Virus record (IMG/VR): IMGVR_UViG_3300042549_004128
Location: 1-27,365 of that record
DNA from: a virus
Lineage: Duplodnaviria > Caudoviricetes
Strand: one strand, 5' to 3'
Length of the DNA stretch: 27,365 bases
The notes below the pieces were generated by a model, which was not told where the DNA came from, ran no database searches, and saw only the letters and a program-made list of their open reading frames with translations. Positions within the stretch are counted from its first letter, which is position 1; each line of letters starts with the position of its first letter. Of the stretch, positions 7,678 to 16,349 are shown piece after piece. Position numbers and translations under genes: made by a program.

Positions 7678-10134
7678 TTATCGGATAGGAATCCATCTGT
7701 CAACTCCACCAATGTTCACCTTAATTTCTTGAGTGTAAGTCGAAAAAGCGTTCGTGTGGTTTTGAACCACTTGATTAGTAAGAACAATGTCTGAAGCAAT
7801 GTTAATAGTATTTGAGAACAAAGAAGTTCCTTGAACCTCAAATTTGGCCGATGGCACAAAAGTCGAAGGGTTGACCCCGACTCCAAGCGAACCACTTGAT
7901 GTAATTACAAATGAACTACTGTCTGGATTTATATTGTCCTCGACAACTAGTGCGTGGCCTGTGCCAGTCTGGGTAATGCGAAGCAATGAAGCCGAAGTAG
8001 AGGCTGAAATAATCTGATTTGTAGAAAAGGTATTGATGGCTCCACGCAATGCCACGACCTGCCAGACATTCTGCCCATCACGATAGTTCAAGTTTGCATC
8101 ACCGCTGGCAATCCACATGTCACCACTAGAGGTAGCGGCGGTTGAGCCACCAATTCCAATGTTAACCCCTGCGGCTCCGCTTACTGAGGTTCCGCTTACC
8201 TTGCCAGTAAATGCAGCCCCAGAAAGGTTAGCCTTGCCGCTGAGGGCCGTATTAAGGTCGTTTTGCGAAGCAAGAGTCCCCGTGATTCCTCCCCAAACAG
8301 CACCGCCACCACCTACAGGGGCAGTCGTAAGCGTGGTTCCATCATTGAACATGATACCGCCAGCGTCCACCTTGATTGCGGCAGTAGTGCTTGGAGCAAC
8401 ACCGACACCGACCCTGCCGTTGTTATCAATCACAAACGGAGTAGTGTCTGGATTGTTAGAATCCTCGACTACTAATGCGTGACCTGTCCCAAGTTGCGTA
8501 ACACGCAAGGCGGCACTAGTTGTGCCAGCAGGAGCAGAAACAATCTGCGGAACAGTAAAGGTATTAGACAGATTACGAGATGCCAAGATACGCCAAGTCC
8601 CTAGTCCGTCTCGGTAATTAAGAGCAGACCCACCTGTGGCAATCCACATATCGCCAGCAGTCGTAGCCGATGTATCCGTCCCACCGACGCCGATGTTTAG
8701 TCCAGCCGCCCCATCGGTTGAGGTAAAATCAACTTTGCCAGTAAAGGTTCCGCCTGTTTTATTAACTCCAGCCGAACCTTGAGTTGTATTATCTGGGAAT
8801 GTGATTCCTCCGTGTGAAATCTCCAATCCCGTATTGGTACTAGCATCCCAAACACGAAGGGTAGTACCAGCATTAGAATCAAGATAAAGAGGACGAGGAG
8901 TAACATAGTCTTGCTCCGTAGTCCGCAACCACCCCGCTTGCCAGTTAAACTCGTAACCAATAGAGCAAACCAGACTGATGCCATAATTACCGCCACGGGT
9001 GGTGTCAAAACTGCCTTTGCCGATATACTGACCAGAGGTTCCATCGAAGATAATCGGACTGGTCACAACGCCACCAGTAAAAGTGCCGCCCCCGCCGCCG
9101 CCTGTCGGAGCCGTAGTCAAAGTAGTTCCGTCATTAAACATGATACCACCAGCATCAACCTTAAGTGCGGCGGTAGTGCTTGGAGCGACGCCAACACCAA
9201 TCCTTCCAGTAAAGGTTGCACCAGACAGGTTTGCTTTGCCGTCCAAGGCGGTTTGAAGCCCAGTAGTGTCACCAATGACATGAGAATGCGAAACAGGAGC
9301 ATACACCCCTGTATGCAAGTGGGTTGTATCAGACTTGCCGTCCAAAGCGGTTTGAAGACCAGTCGTGTCTCCAATCACATGACCATGAGCAACTGGAGCG
9401 TATACGCCTGTATGTAGATGCGTCGTGGCCGACTTGCCGTCAAGGGCTGCCTGAAGCCCAGTCGTGTCTGCGATTAAATGAGAGTGCGTAATGGGGGCAT
9501 ATACACCCGTGTGCAGGTGCGTCGTAGCAGACTTTCCATCTAATGCCGTCTGAAGCCCAGTCGTGTCTGCGATAAGATGCGTATGTGTCGTGTTTGCCTT
9601 GCCAGCAAGACCAGCAGTTACCGCCGTCGTCAGGGCGTACCCAGAAAGGTCTGGTCTTGCAGACTGTTCAGTCCAGGCAGACGGGTGGGTGATGGGACCG
9701 TAGCCAGCCGCACCAATCGTAGTGTTAAACTTGAAAAACCTATTGTCTGCGGTGACCATGTCTCCAGCAGAATAGATTTTGAAATTATTGTAGTCCTGAA
9801 TCTTGGCATTGATGAGGGCTTCCTGAAGGCCGACGACATTGCTGATAGGATGGGTGTGCTGGACTTCTGCCTTGGTATCAAAAATAGGAATCAATAAGGG
9901 CAGAATTTGGTTGTATACCTGGGGGACAAGCGTGCTCTGGTCTAGGGCGGAGTCACGGATATAGCCATCGTCACGCTGAATCTCAGACAGACGAGACATG
10001 ATGCCGTCAAGCGTACGCTTAACGCTGTCTAGTTCGCCCTCAATCTGGACGCCAGGTTGCTGAGTGGTCGGATTGACGATGCTGAAGGACTCAAAATCGA
10101 AAATGCGATTATAGGGAAATGGAGGCTGCGACAT
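7678..10134 (-). CDS. Tail fibre / fibre-like protein with phage tail repeats
   Basis: About 818 aa, G/T/A-rich; N-terminal anchor-like segment (QRDDG); HxH-containing 33-aa repeats (HTHLIADTTGLQTALDGK...); duplicated C-terminal modules. Confidence 0.8.
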   Translation of the reverse strand: MSQPPFPYNRIFDFESFSIVNPTTQQPGVQIEGELDSVKRTLDGIMSRLSEIQRDDGYIRDSALDQSTLVPQVYNQILPLLIPIFDTKAEVQHTHPISNVVGLQEALINAKIQDYNNFKIYSAGDMVTADNRFFKFNTTIGAAGYGPITHPSAWTEQSARPDLSGYALTTAVTAGLAGKANTTHTHLIADTTGLQTALDGKSATTHLHTGVYAPITHSHLIADTTGLQAALDGKSATTHLHTGVYAPVAHGHVIGDTTGLQTALDGKSDTTHLHTGVYAPVSHSHVIGDTTGLQTALDGKANLSGATFTGRIGVGVAPSTTAALKVDAGGIMFNDGTTLTTAPTGGGGGGTFTGGVVTSPIIFDGTSGQYIGKGSFDTTRGGNYGISLVCSIGYEFNWQAGWLRTTEQDYVTPRPLYLDSNAGTTLRVWDASTNTGLEISHGGITFPDNTTQGSAGVNKTGGTFTGKVDFTSTDGAAGLNIGVGGTDTSATTAGDMWIATGGSALNYRDGLGTWRILASRNLSNTFTVPQIVSAPAGTTSAALRVTQLGTGHALVVEDSNNPDTTPFVIDNNGRVGVGVAPSTTAAIKVDAGGIMFNDGTTLTTAPVGGGGAVWGGITGTLASQNDLNTALSGKANLSGAAFTGKVSGTSVSGAAGVNIGIGGSTAATSSGDMWIASGDANLNYRDGQNVWQVVALRGAINTFSTNQIISASTSASLLRITQTGTGHALVVEDNINPDSSSFVITSSGSLGVGVNPSTFVPSAKFEVQGTSLFSNTINIASDIVLTNQVVQNHTNAFSTYTQEIKVNIGGVDRWIPIR
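9235..9605 (-). repeat. About 3.5 tandem 99-bp (33-aa) repeats in the fibre gene
   Basis: TGAAG anchor at 9254, 9353, 9452 and 9551 (period 99); peptide HxH(L/V)I(A/G)DTTGLQ(T/A)ALDGKSxTTHLHTGVYAP. Confidence 0.92.
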
Positions 10135-10336
10135 GCGTGGACTTTTTAGAAATGGCAAAAAAATGCAAGATTAACAAAATGTCGGCTCGGATTTGATTCT
10201 GGAAAATTTTTAGCGGTTGGCCTGGTATCCATGCACGCACGACCTTTTCGGGGGGGTGGTCGGGGGTCGGGCCCACGCCCATACCCCCAGCCTACGCCCT
10301 CCTTAGGCGTAGGCGACCCAATGAATTCAATGGCTT

Positions 10337-10909
10337 TCAGCCATTGGCCCCATCTTTCGGTTCTTGTCTGTCTAAGACAGACAAGGGGTCCGAGGTTTCG
10401 ACCTCCAAAATCGGGGTGTTTTGGCCTTGAATTAGGGCCTCCAATTCGGCCTCAGACAGGTCGGTCAATGGCCTCGTCCACGCACTTACCCCCAGCCGCA
10501 TGGCCGTGCCTGTCACTCCCATTCCAGAATGCTCTAATACCCACTTAGATGCATTTAAACGCACATGGGCGGGCGTTGTTGAATCCAACAGGAGCCCACG
10601 AATGCAGCCCCACGCTATGCTCGCACCCTCTGTCTTTAGATTCTTGTCTATTTGAATCTGAATTGCCTCTCTGACATGACTGAGAGTCAACTGTCTGTAT
10701 CCATAAGATTCTGTCTTTCCGACTGACTTTGATGCAGAACAGGCGTCCCCACCGTTCCTAACGAATTCTTTGACAAAGTCTGTCTGAATAGCGTTCAGGT
10801 CATCATGATGCGACGCCGAAAAAAATCGGCCTGTCTTGGCATCGTTTCCGACCCCATTTTGATTGGGTTTTCTGTCTTGGCTGTCTGATTTTTTTGGGGA
10901 AATTTCCAT
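10337..10909 (-). CDS. terS: Terminase small subunit-like protein
   Basis: 'LNAIQTDFVKEFVRNGGDACSASKSVG...YGYRQL...VREAI' resembles the TerS HTH pattern, plus 'VRLNASKWVLE'; first gene of the morphogenesis block; start placed at MEISPKK 10909. Confidence 0.65.
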   Translation of the reverse strand: MEISPKKSDSQDRKPNQNGVGNDAKTGRFFSASHHDDLNAIQTDFVKEFVRNGGDACSASKSVGKTESYGYRQLTLSHVREAIQIQIDKNLKTEGASIAWGCIRGLLLDSTTPAHVRLNASKWVLEHSGMGVTGTAMRLGVSAWTRPLTDLSEAELEALIQGQNTPILEVETSDPLSVLDRQEPKDGANG

Positions 10910-10936
10910 TTTTTGAAAAGTGCGTTTCGACCAATA

Positions 10937-10965
10937 AAAATGGGGTCCAAATCGACCTCTGTCAA
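10937..10965 (-). promoter_or_regulatory. Candidate sigma70 promoter for terS and the late block
   Basis: Minus strand TTGACA-N17-CATTTT ending about 28 nt before the ATG at 10909; same CATnTT -10 variant as the elements at 14650 and 17421. Confidence 0.5.
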
Positions 10966-11340
10966 TCGATGTCTGAAAAAATCTGCTCGACATTTTGGAG
11001 GTGATTGGGCAAAACAGTTTTCGCCATGCCAAAAACCGCATCCCAAAACGCCCCGCTGACCCCTCTGGTCATCGGCCTCACCCAAAACCCGACCCCTGTC
11101 TGTCGCTGTCAGACGCCTCAGGTCACCCACCCACCCCACAGCCCCAGCCACCAGCCCGCTGGAAATCAGACGGCGGAACCGACTCCTTCCCCTATGGGGA
11201 ATGTGAACGGTTCGCCCAGCAACGGTTCGCCGTCTGAACCTTCCCACGAGCCCACCCCCAGCCACCAGCCCGCCCAGCCCACGGAGCCTTCGGCTCAGAC
11301 GGCCCCCAATTCCACCCCCCAAAATTCCACCCAAAATCCC

Positions 11341-12531
11341 ATGCCCAACATCCCACCAGCCCAGCCCCAGCAGCCCGCCACCCCGAACCTCAAGGCTTTA
11401 GCCTTGGAAGCCTTAATCGGCCCTCGGGGAACCATCAAGCCGTCCTCTGGACGGAATGGTAACAAGAACCTCATCAAGAAGTGGCTCACCGAGAAAGGCG
11501 TAGCCTTTTCGGTGTCTGGTTGGGCCACGGTCAAGGAACTTGGTGCTGTCTATAATGACACTACTGACACCATCCTGAATCAGATGCTTCAGAAGTCTTC
11601 GACTTCTGCCCAGCCCAATCAGCAGAATCAGCAGACTCAGCAGACTCCGTCTGCCCCGACCGCCCAGCCCACGACCCCTCAGACAACTCCGTTGTCTGTT
11701 CCGACTCCCAAGACCCCGAAGACGGCGAAGCCGATGAAACATGCCCTTCACGACGAAGTCGTGGAAGTGATGTCTGTCGGTCTGAATGCCTTTGTCTTCG
11801 GCCCTGCTGGAAGTGGTAAGACCACTTTGGCTGGTTCGGTCGCTAAGTCCTTGGGACTTAGGCTGTTCATGACAGGAGCAGTCCGTAAGGACTTCAAACT
11901 GTTCGGTTTCATCGATGCCCATGGCAACTATCGGTCTACGACCTTCCGAGATGCCTTTGAAAACGGCGGTCTGTTCCTGTTCGATGAAATCGATGCCTCA
12001 GACAGCGGTGTCCTTCTCCAACTGAATGCGGCCTTGGCAAACGGAGTTTGCGACTTCCCCGATGCCACCATCAAGGCTCACCCTGATTTCAGGGTGATGG
12101 CTTCAGCCAATACCAACGGTGACGGTGCTACTGCATCTTATTCGGCAAGACAGTTGCTGGACGGTGCTTCTAAGGACCGATTCATGACCTTCACTTGTGA
12201 CTATGATAACAGTCTGGTGAAGCAAATCGTGGCGGACATGTGCAAAAATCCTACGGATTTGGCTGTCTGTCTGGATTGGAATGACGATGTCTGTCTGATT
12301 CGCAAGTTGGCTAAAGCCAACAGCATCAACCTCATCCTCAGCCCCCGAGCCACCTTCATGGGAGTGAAACTCCTGACGAATCCGAATCGCAAGGTCTTTA
12401 AGACCAAGGCCGATTTGATGGATGGCCTTGTCTGGAACAAACTGTCTGACGAAAATACCCGAAAGCGTCTCAAGGGCCTCTTTGAGGCCGAGAAAGCCAA
12501 GGCCATCGTCACCCCCGCTGTCACCGCCTAA
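11341..12531 (+). CDS. MoxR/CbbQ/CobS-like AAA+ ATPase with N-terminal extension
   Basis: Walker A GPAGSGKT, Walker B FLFDEID, 'HPDFRVMASANT', 'LDGASKDRF', 'LSPRAT'. The frame is open back to 11005/11026, but 11341 has the typical C/A-rich leader. Confidence 0.9.
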   Translation: MPNIPPAQPQQPATPNLKALALEALIGPRGTIKPSSGRNGNKNLIKKWLTEKGVAFSVSGWATVKELGAVYNDTTDTILNQMLQKSSTSAQPNQQNQQTQQTPSAPTAQPTTPQTTPLSVPTPKTPKTAKPMKHALHDEVVEVMSVGLNAFVFGPAGSGKTTLAGSVAKSLGLRLFMTGAVRKDFKLFGFIDAHGNYRSTTFRDAFENGGLFLFDEIDASDSGVLLQLNAALANGVCDFPDATIKAHPDFRVMASANTNGDGATASYSARQLLDGASKDRFMTFTCDYDNSLVKQIVADMCKNPTDLAVCLDWNDDVCLIRKLAKANSINLILSPRATFMGVKLLTNPNRKVFKTKADLMDGLVWNKLSDENTRKRLKGLFEAEKAKAIVTPAVTA

Positions 12532-12600
12532 CCCTACTGTCCAAAGGACAGCCCCTCACCCCGAGGGGTTGTCCGAAGGACAACCAACCAAAAAAAACAC

Positions 12601-13557
12601 ATGTCTAACGACCAACTCAAGGACCTCATGGTCCTTCCCAAAGAGCGACAGACGGTCAGTCTGTCTGAAGGTGTCCGTCTCACTTCGGAGTTCAAATCCA
12701 TCGGTGGATTTGTCCTGCTGGAAGCAGACAGCATCGAAAAGTATCTGGCCTTCCAGACCGTCTTCGACGGTAAGGCTACGGGCCATGAACGGCATTCCCG
12801 AACCAACTCTGCCTCCAAGTCTTGGGACTTGAATACGGGTTGGGAAGGCCACCAGAAGATTCTGGTGGAAGGCTGGAAGGCTGGTGTTGACGGTCTAAAG
12901 ACCGCCCAAGCCACCTTCCCTTCGACAGGTTCCTTCGGAAAAATCCCAGACAGCGACATTGCTGGAGGTTCGCTTTGCGTAGCAACTTACTGCTCTGGTG
13001 CTCCAGACTACTACGATGTAGACCCCGAGGAAGACAGCCTTGGTTCCACCAAGGTCATCAAGTTGGTGGTTCCTGTCGGTGCTACTGCTGGATACTCTGC
13101 AGAGTATCTGTTCAATCGTGGTGCTGGAATCGTGGCGGCAATCCAAGCAATCGAACGGTCTGGAAAGCAATGTGAGGTCTGGGCTGAATCTGCGGCCACG
13201 ACCTCTGGTCAGCCAATCTGTCAGCGTGTCTTAATCAAGTGGGCTGGTTCTCCTCTTGACCTGAATACGATGGCTGTCTGGTTGGCTCATCCTGCCACCT
13301 TCCGACGACTGTTCTTCTCTGGTCGAGAATGTCTGTGGAATTTCCAGACCCCTGTGGGGTCTGTCAGACACATCCTCGGCGGAGACTACGGTTCGACCTG
13401 TCAGGGTCCTACGGACAAGATGTCTGAAGGCACTATCTACTTGCCTCTGGCAAGAGACGGTAACTACGGCACTCCCAAGGCGGCCCTTCAGACTCTGTCT
13501 GAAATCTTCAAGTCCGCTGGGTTCTCCTTGGACTTCGGTGACCTGAGCAGCATGTAA
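12601..13557 (+). CDS. vWA/CobT-like partner of the AAA+ ATPase (degenerate MIDAS)
   Basis: 318 aa next to the AAA+ gene; 'IKLVVPVGATAGYSAE..NRGAGIVAAIQAIERSG..CEVW' and 'HPATFRRLFF' resemble phage vWA-like partners. Confidence 0.65.
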   Translation: MSNDQLKDLMVLPKERQTVSLSEGVRLTSEFKSIGGFVLLEADSIEKYLAFQTVFDGKATGHERHSRTNSASKSWDLNTGWEGHQKILVEGWKAGVDGLKTAQATFPSTGSFGKIPDSDIAGGSLCVATYCSGAPDYYDVDPEEDSLGSTKVIKLVVPVGATAGYSAEYLFNRGAGIVAAIQAIERSGKQCEVWAESAATTSGQPICQRVLIKWAGSPLDLNTMAVWLAHPATFRRLFFSGRECLWNFQTPVGSVRHILGGDYGSTCQGPTDKMSEGTIYLPLARDGNYGTPKAALQTLSEIFKSAGFSLDFGDLSSM

Positions 13558-13617
13558 GGACGAAACAGACACCCTTCGGGGTGTCTGTCTTGCGGTGAAA
13601 CCGCAACTGATGAGTCC
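13558..13617 (+). ncRNA. Hammerhead ribozyme, type II (HH1), GUC cleavage after 13589
   Basis: GGAC-GAA-ACAGACACCC-UUCG-GGGUGUCUGU-C-UUGCGG-UGAAA-CCGCAA-CUGAUGA-GUCC: all core nucleotides present with three perfect stems. Confidence 0.96.
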
Positions 13618-13637
13618 ATCAGACAACTTTTCCCACC

Positions 13638-13994
13638 ATGAAAAACCAAACCAAAATCCCCGCCAAACTCATCGCTCGTCCTAAGGACGAACTGCTTCCG
13701 CTTCGTCTGACCGACGCCCACAAGGAGGTGCTCAAAGACGGACGAAAGGTTCGACTGCTGTCTAAGTTGGTCAAGACATCCCCTCATTGGGGAACTGTCT
13801 GGGCTGAATTCGACGGCCTCCTCTGGGGCTTCGCCGTCTCCAACTACGCTCAGACAATCTCGGTCGGTGACCCCGAAGACAGCAACGAGAACCCCGAAGT
13901 CATCGATGTCGATGTCTGGTCGTTCAATACGGCCTACATGGAAGGCCGAATGGTTACTGTCTGCAAGGAACTCATCGAATACCCCTCTCTCTAA
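13638..13994 (+). CDS. Hypothetical early protein (118 aa)
   Basis: ORF with phage-typical codon usage and a C-rich leader, directly after HH1. Confidence 0.8.
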   Translation: MKNQTKIPAKLIARPKDELLPLRLTDAHKEVLKDGRKVRLLSKLVKTSPHWGTVWAEFDGLLWGFAVSNYAQTISVGDPEDSNENPEVIDVDVWSFNTAYMEGRMVTVCKELIEYPSL

Positions 13995-14001
13995 TCCCAA
14001 C

Positions 14002-14580
14002 ATGAAAATCAAAATCACCCCCCACCAAGCCGTCATGGCTGAAGTCGAAACCCTCAGACAAAACCGTCTGGCCATCCTGTCTTTGGGCGTCAAGGGGTTT
14101 ACCCCTTCCCAGATTCAGAGGATGTCTGACATGGTCGAGGAACTCGAAAAGAAAATCGCAGACTTCACCGAAGGTGCTCCGACTGACCACGGTCCTTACG
14201 CAGACAATGGCATTGGCTACAAACGGTATGTCTGCGAGACGAATCCTGCTGGATTCTGTCTGTCTGTTCAGAACCACATCGCTGAACTTGTCTACGCAAT
14301 CCGAATCAATCCGTCTCGTAAGGCCCCCATGGGATTCCATGAAGACGGAATCGATGCGAGCATGGCATGTGGCGTCTATCACCCCAGCAACTTCATCAAC
14401 TTAGACACCATCATCAAAAAGGCTGTCTGTCTGGACGAAGACATGTGGGAGCACTTCGTCGTAGCCCCCATTGAGGGCGAAGACAAGGAACTGTCTAAAG
14501 ACAGGCATAAACTCTGGTGCTTCACAGGCATCAGCCCCAAGACACGCATCTACGAGCGTGGCAATCGCAAGGGCGTCTGA
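14002..14580 (+). CDS. Hypothetical early protein (192 aa)
   Basis: Start MKIKITPHQ 7 nt after the previous stop; codon usage consistent with neighbours. Confidence 0.8.
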   Translation: MKIKITPHQAVMAEVETLRQNRLAILSLGVKGFTPSQIQRMSDMVEELEKKIADFTEGAPTDHGPYADNGIGYKRYVCETNPAGFCLSVQNHIAELVYAIRINPSRKAPMGFHEDGIDASMACGVYHPSNFINLDTIIKKAVCLDEDMWEHFVVAPIEGEDKELSKDRHKLWCFTGISPKTRIYERGNRKGV

Positions 14581-14640
14581 CCACCCACGCAACCCCAGCC
14601 ACCTGCCCATACATAACCTAGGCACAATACGCATGAGAAA

Positions 14641-14679
14641 GAAAGGTGCTTGACAATCGACAAATTGTAGGCATCTTTC
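14641..14679 (+). promoter_or_regulatory. Sigma70-like promoter within a hairpin (copy 1)
   Basis: TGCTTGACA-N7-AATTGTAGGCATCTT; perfect -35; core shared with 17418-17448. Confidence 0.7.
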
Positions 14680-14715
14680 CAATCGAGCATCACCTCCCAA
14701 CCCACAAAAAAACCA

Positions 14716-15156
14716 ATGAAATCCGCACCGCAATACGGCATCGTCATCCAGAATCTCATCGCTCTGGACGAACTGCACAACGAGGTCACGAACCGCCTGT
14801 CCCACATCGAGGCCAGCGTGGAAACCTACCTCGAAAATCCCAAGCACATCAAGAAGCCCGACACGCTGGGCAAGTGGAGCAAGCGTAATGCTGGCCCCCT
14901 TGCAGACATCGAACGAGCCCTTGACGACATCGGACAGGCCGAAGGCCACCTGACGACTCTGTCTGCCAACCTTGACCGCTGGCTAGACACGAAGTCTCCT
15001 GTGGACGGCGTGCCCAGCGAAGACATCAAGTTCGTGGACTATGTCCACATCATGGCTCGTCTGGAGGAAGCCCGTCTGAATCTCCAGAATGCGGAATGGC
15101 TCGTCAGCCAGCCCGAGTTCGTGACCTTCATCACCCACATCGAAGACAGCATCTAA
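14716..15156 (+). CDS. Hypothetical early protein (146 aa, helical)
   Basis: ORF after the promoter and a C/A-rich leader. Confidence 0.8.
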   Translation: MKSAPQYGIVIQNLIALDELHNEVTNRLSHIEASVETYLENPKHIKKPDTLGKWSKRNAGPLADIERALDDIGQAEGHLTTLSANLDRWLDTKSPVDGVPSEDIKFVDYVHIMARLEEARLNLQNAEWLVSQPEFVTFITHIEDSI

Positions 15157-15265
15157 TCCCTTTGCCTTGTCTGTCTGAGGTTCATGTTCCCGAACATACC
15201 TCATTGAACAGGCGAACCCAGACAGACAGGCATCCACTCTCACCCACCCAGACACCCCCACATAT

Positions 15266-15466
15266 ATGCCCACCATCAAGCCCACCATCCACAACCCAGA
15301 CGGCAATATTTTTGCCATCATCGGCATGGCCCAAGCGGCCCTCCGAAATCGTCCGACCTCGCTCGACCTTTTCAAGGCGAAGGTCAAGACAGCGATGTCT
15401 GACGGAACCGACTATGACGGCATGCTCGTCATCATCCAAGAATTCGTGAACATCGAAATCGACTAA
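15266..15466 (+). CDS. Small conserved phage/plasmid hypothetical protein (66 aa)
   Basis: 'DGNIFAIIG...AL...DYDGML' pattern recalled from small phage proteins; not checked against a database. Confidence 0.8.
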   Translation: MPTIKPTIHNPDGNIFAIIGMAQAALRNRPTSLDLFKAKVKTAMSDGTDYDGMLVIIQEFVNIEID

Positions 15467-15504
15467 CTTTTCACCCACCCAGACAAACCCAAAATAATAC
15501 CAAC

Positions 15505-15870
15505 ATGCCCAAAGCCCAAAAGCCCAAGTCCACCCCCGCCTTCCTCGTGGAGGTCGTGACCACCACGGTCGGGAAGAATCTCAAGGTCACCCCTGTGACC
15601 GTGGGAGACTTCACCGACATCCACAAGCACCTCGGCATCGAAGGCGGGACCTTCACCTTGGTCCGTCTGAACACCTACGGAGATGTCATGTATGTCGATG
15701 ACGAAGGTGCTCTCAAAGAGAACACCCTGATGTATCTGAACGGCAACTATCCCATCTACGGCAAGGGCCTTGTCTTGGGCTCGACCGCAGACGGAGATGA
15801 CAAAGCCCCGCACATGAACATGCAGGAAGTCGCAGACATGTGCCACCACTTTGAGGCCCGCCCCTACTAA
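15505..15870 (+). CDS. DUF3846-like protein
   Basis: 'DVMYVDDEGAL...PIYGKGLVLG' motif. Confidence 0.7.
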   Translation: MPKAQKPKSTPAFLVEVVTTTVGKNLKVTPVTVGDFTDIHKHLGIEGGTFTLVRLNTYGDVMYVDDEGALKENTLMYLNGNYPIYGKGLVLGSTADGDDKAPHMNMQEVADMCHHFEARPY

Positions 15871-15907
15871 CCTTCACCCACCCAGACACAACCAACCAGA
15901 CACAACC

Positions 15908-16324
15908 ATGAGCGAACCCATCCAGACCAACCACACCCAGCCCGACCTGTTCACCAGACAGGCCGAGGCTGTCCACGAGTTCAAGGCGAAAGCCTTGTCT
16001 GTCATGCGAGACGATGTCGCAGACAGGAAGCACCTCATCGATTCCTGCGTCAACTACATGCTCGCCATGCAGAGGGACATGAACCGAGTCCACGACAACC
16101 TCGCCATCGTCAGACAGCAACTCGAAAGCCGTGACTACGAGCGAGTGCTCAAGAACATGGAAGACGCTGGCTGGGTCATGTCTGTCATGAGGGGTCGAAT
16201 GAACCGTCTGTCCAAGGACTTGGTTCAACCCCTTTACAGCGAACGCCTCGCAGACAAGGTCGCCTCGCTCACCGAAGACAGGCCCATCCGAACCGTCACC
16301 CCAGACACCTCTGTCCAGAAATAA
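15908..16324 (+). CDS. Hypothetical early protein (138 aa, coiled-coil)
   Basis: Start MSEPIQ after the repeat leader. Confidence 0.8.
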   Translation: MSEPIQTNHTQPDLFTRQAEAVHEFKAKALSVMRDDVADRKHLIDSCVNYMLAMQRDMNRVHDNLAIVRQQLESRDYERVLKNMEDAGWVMSVMRGRMNRLSKDLVQPLYSERLADKVASLTEDRPIRTVTPDTSVQK

Positions 16325-16349
16325 CTCTCACCCCCAACCCAGACACACC

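Noticed and set aside
7678-9230. Duplicated fibre modules as DGR template/variable repeats
   Set aside because: Both copies are in-frame coding, differences are not adenine-specific, and no reverse transcriptase is present.
10910-11041. N-terminal extension of the TerS ORF in the track
   Set aside because: Overlaps the divergent promoter region; the ATG at 10909 follows a TTGACA box and is more plausible.
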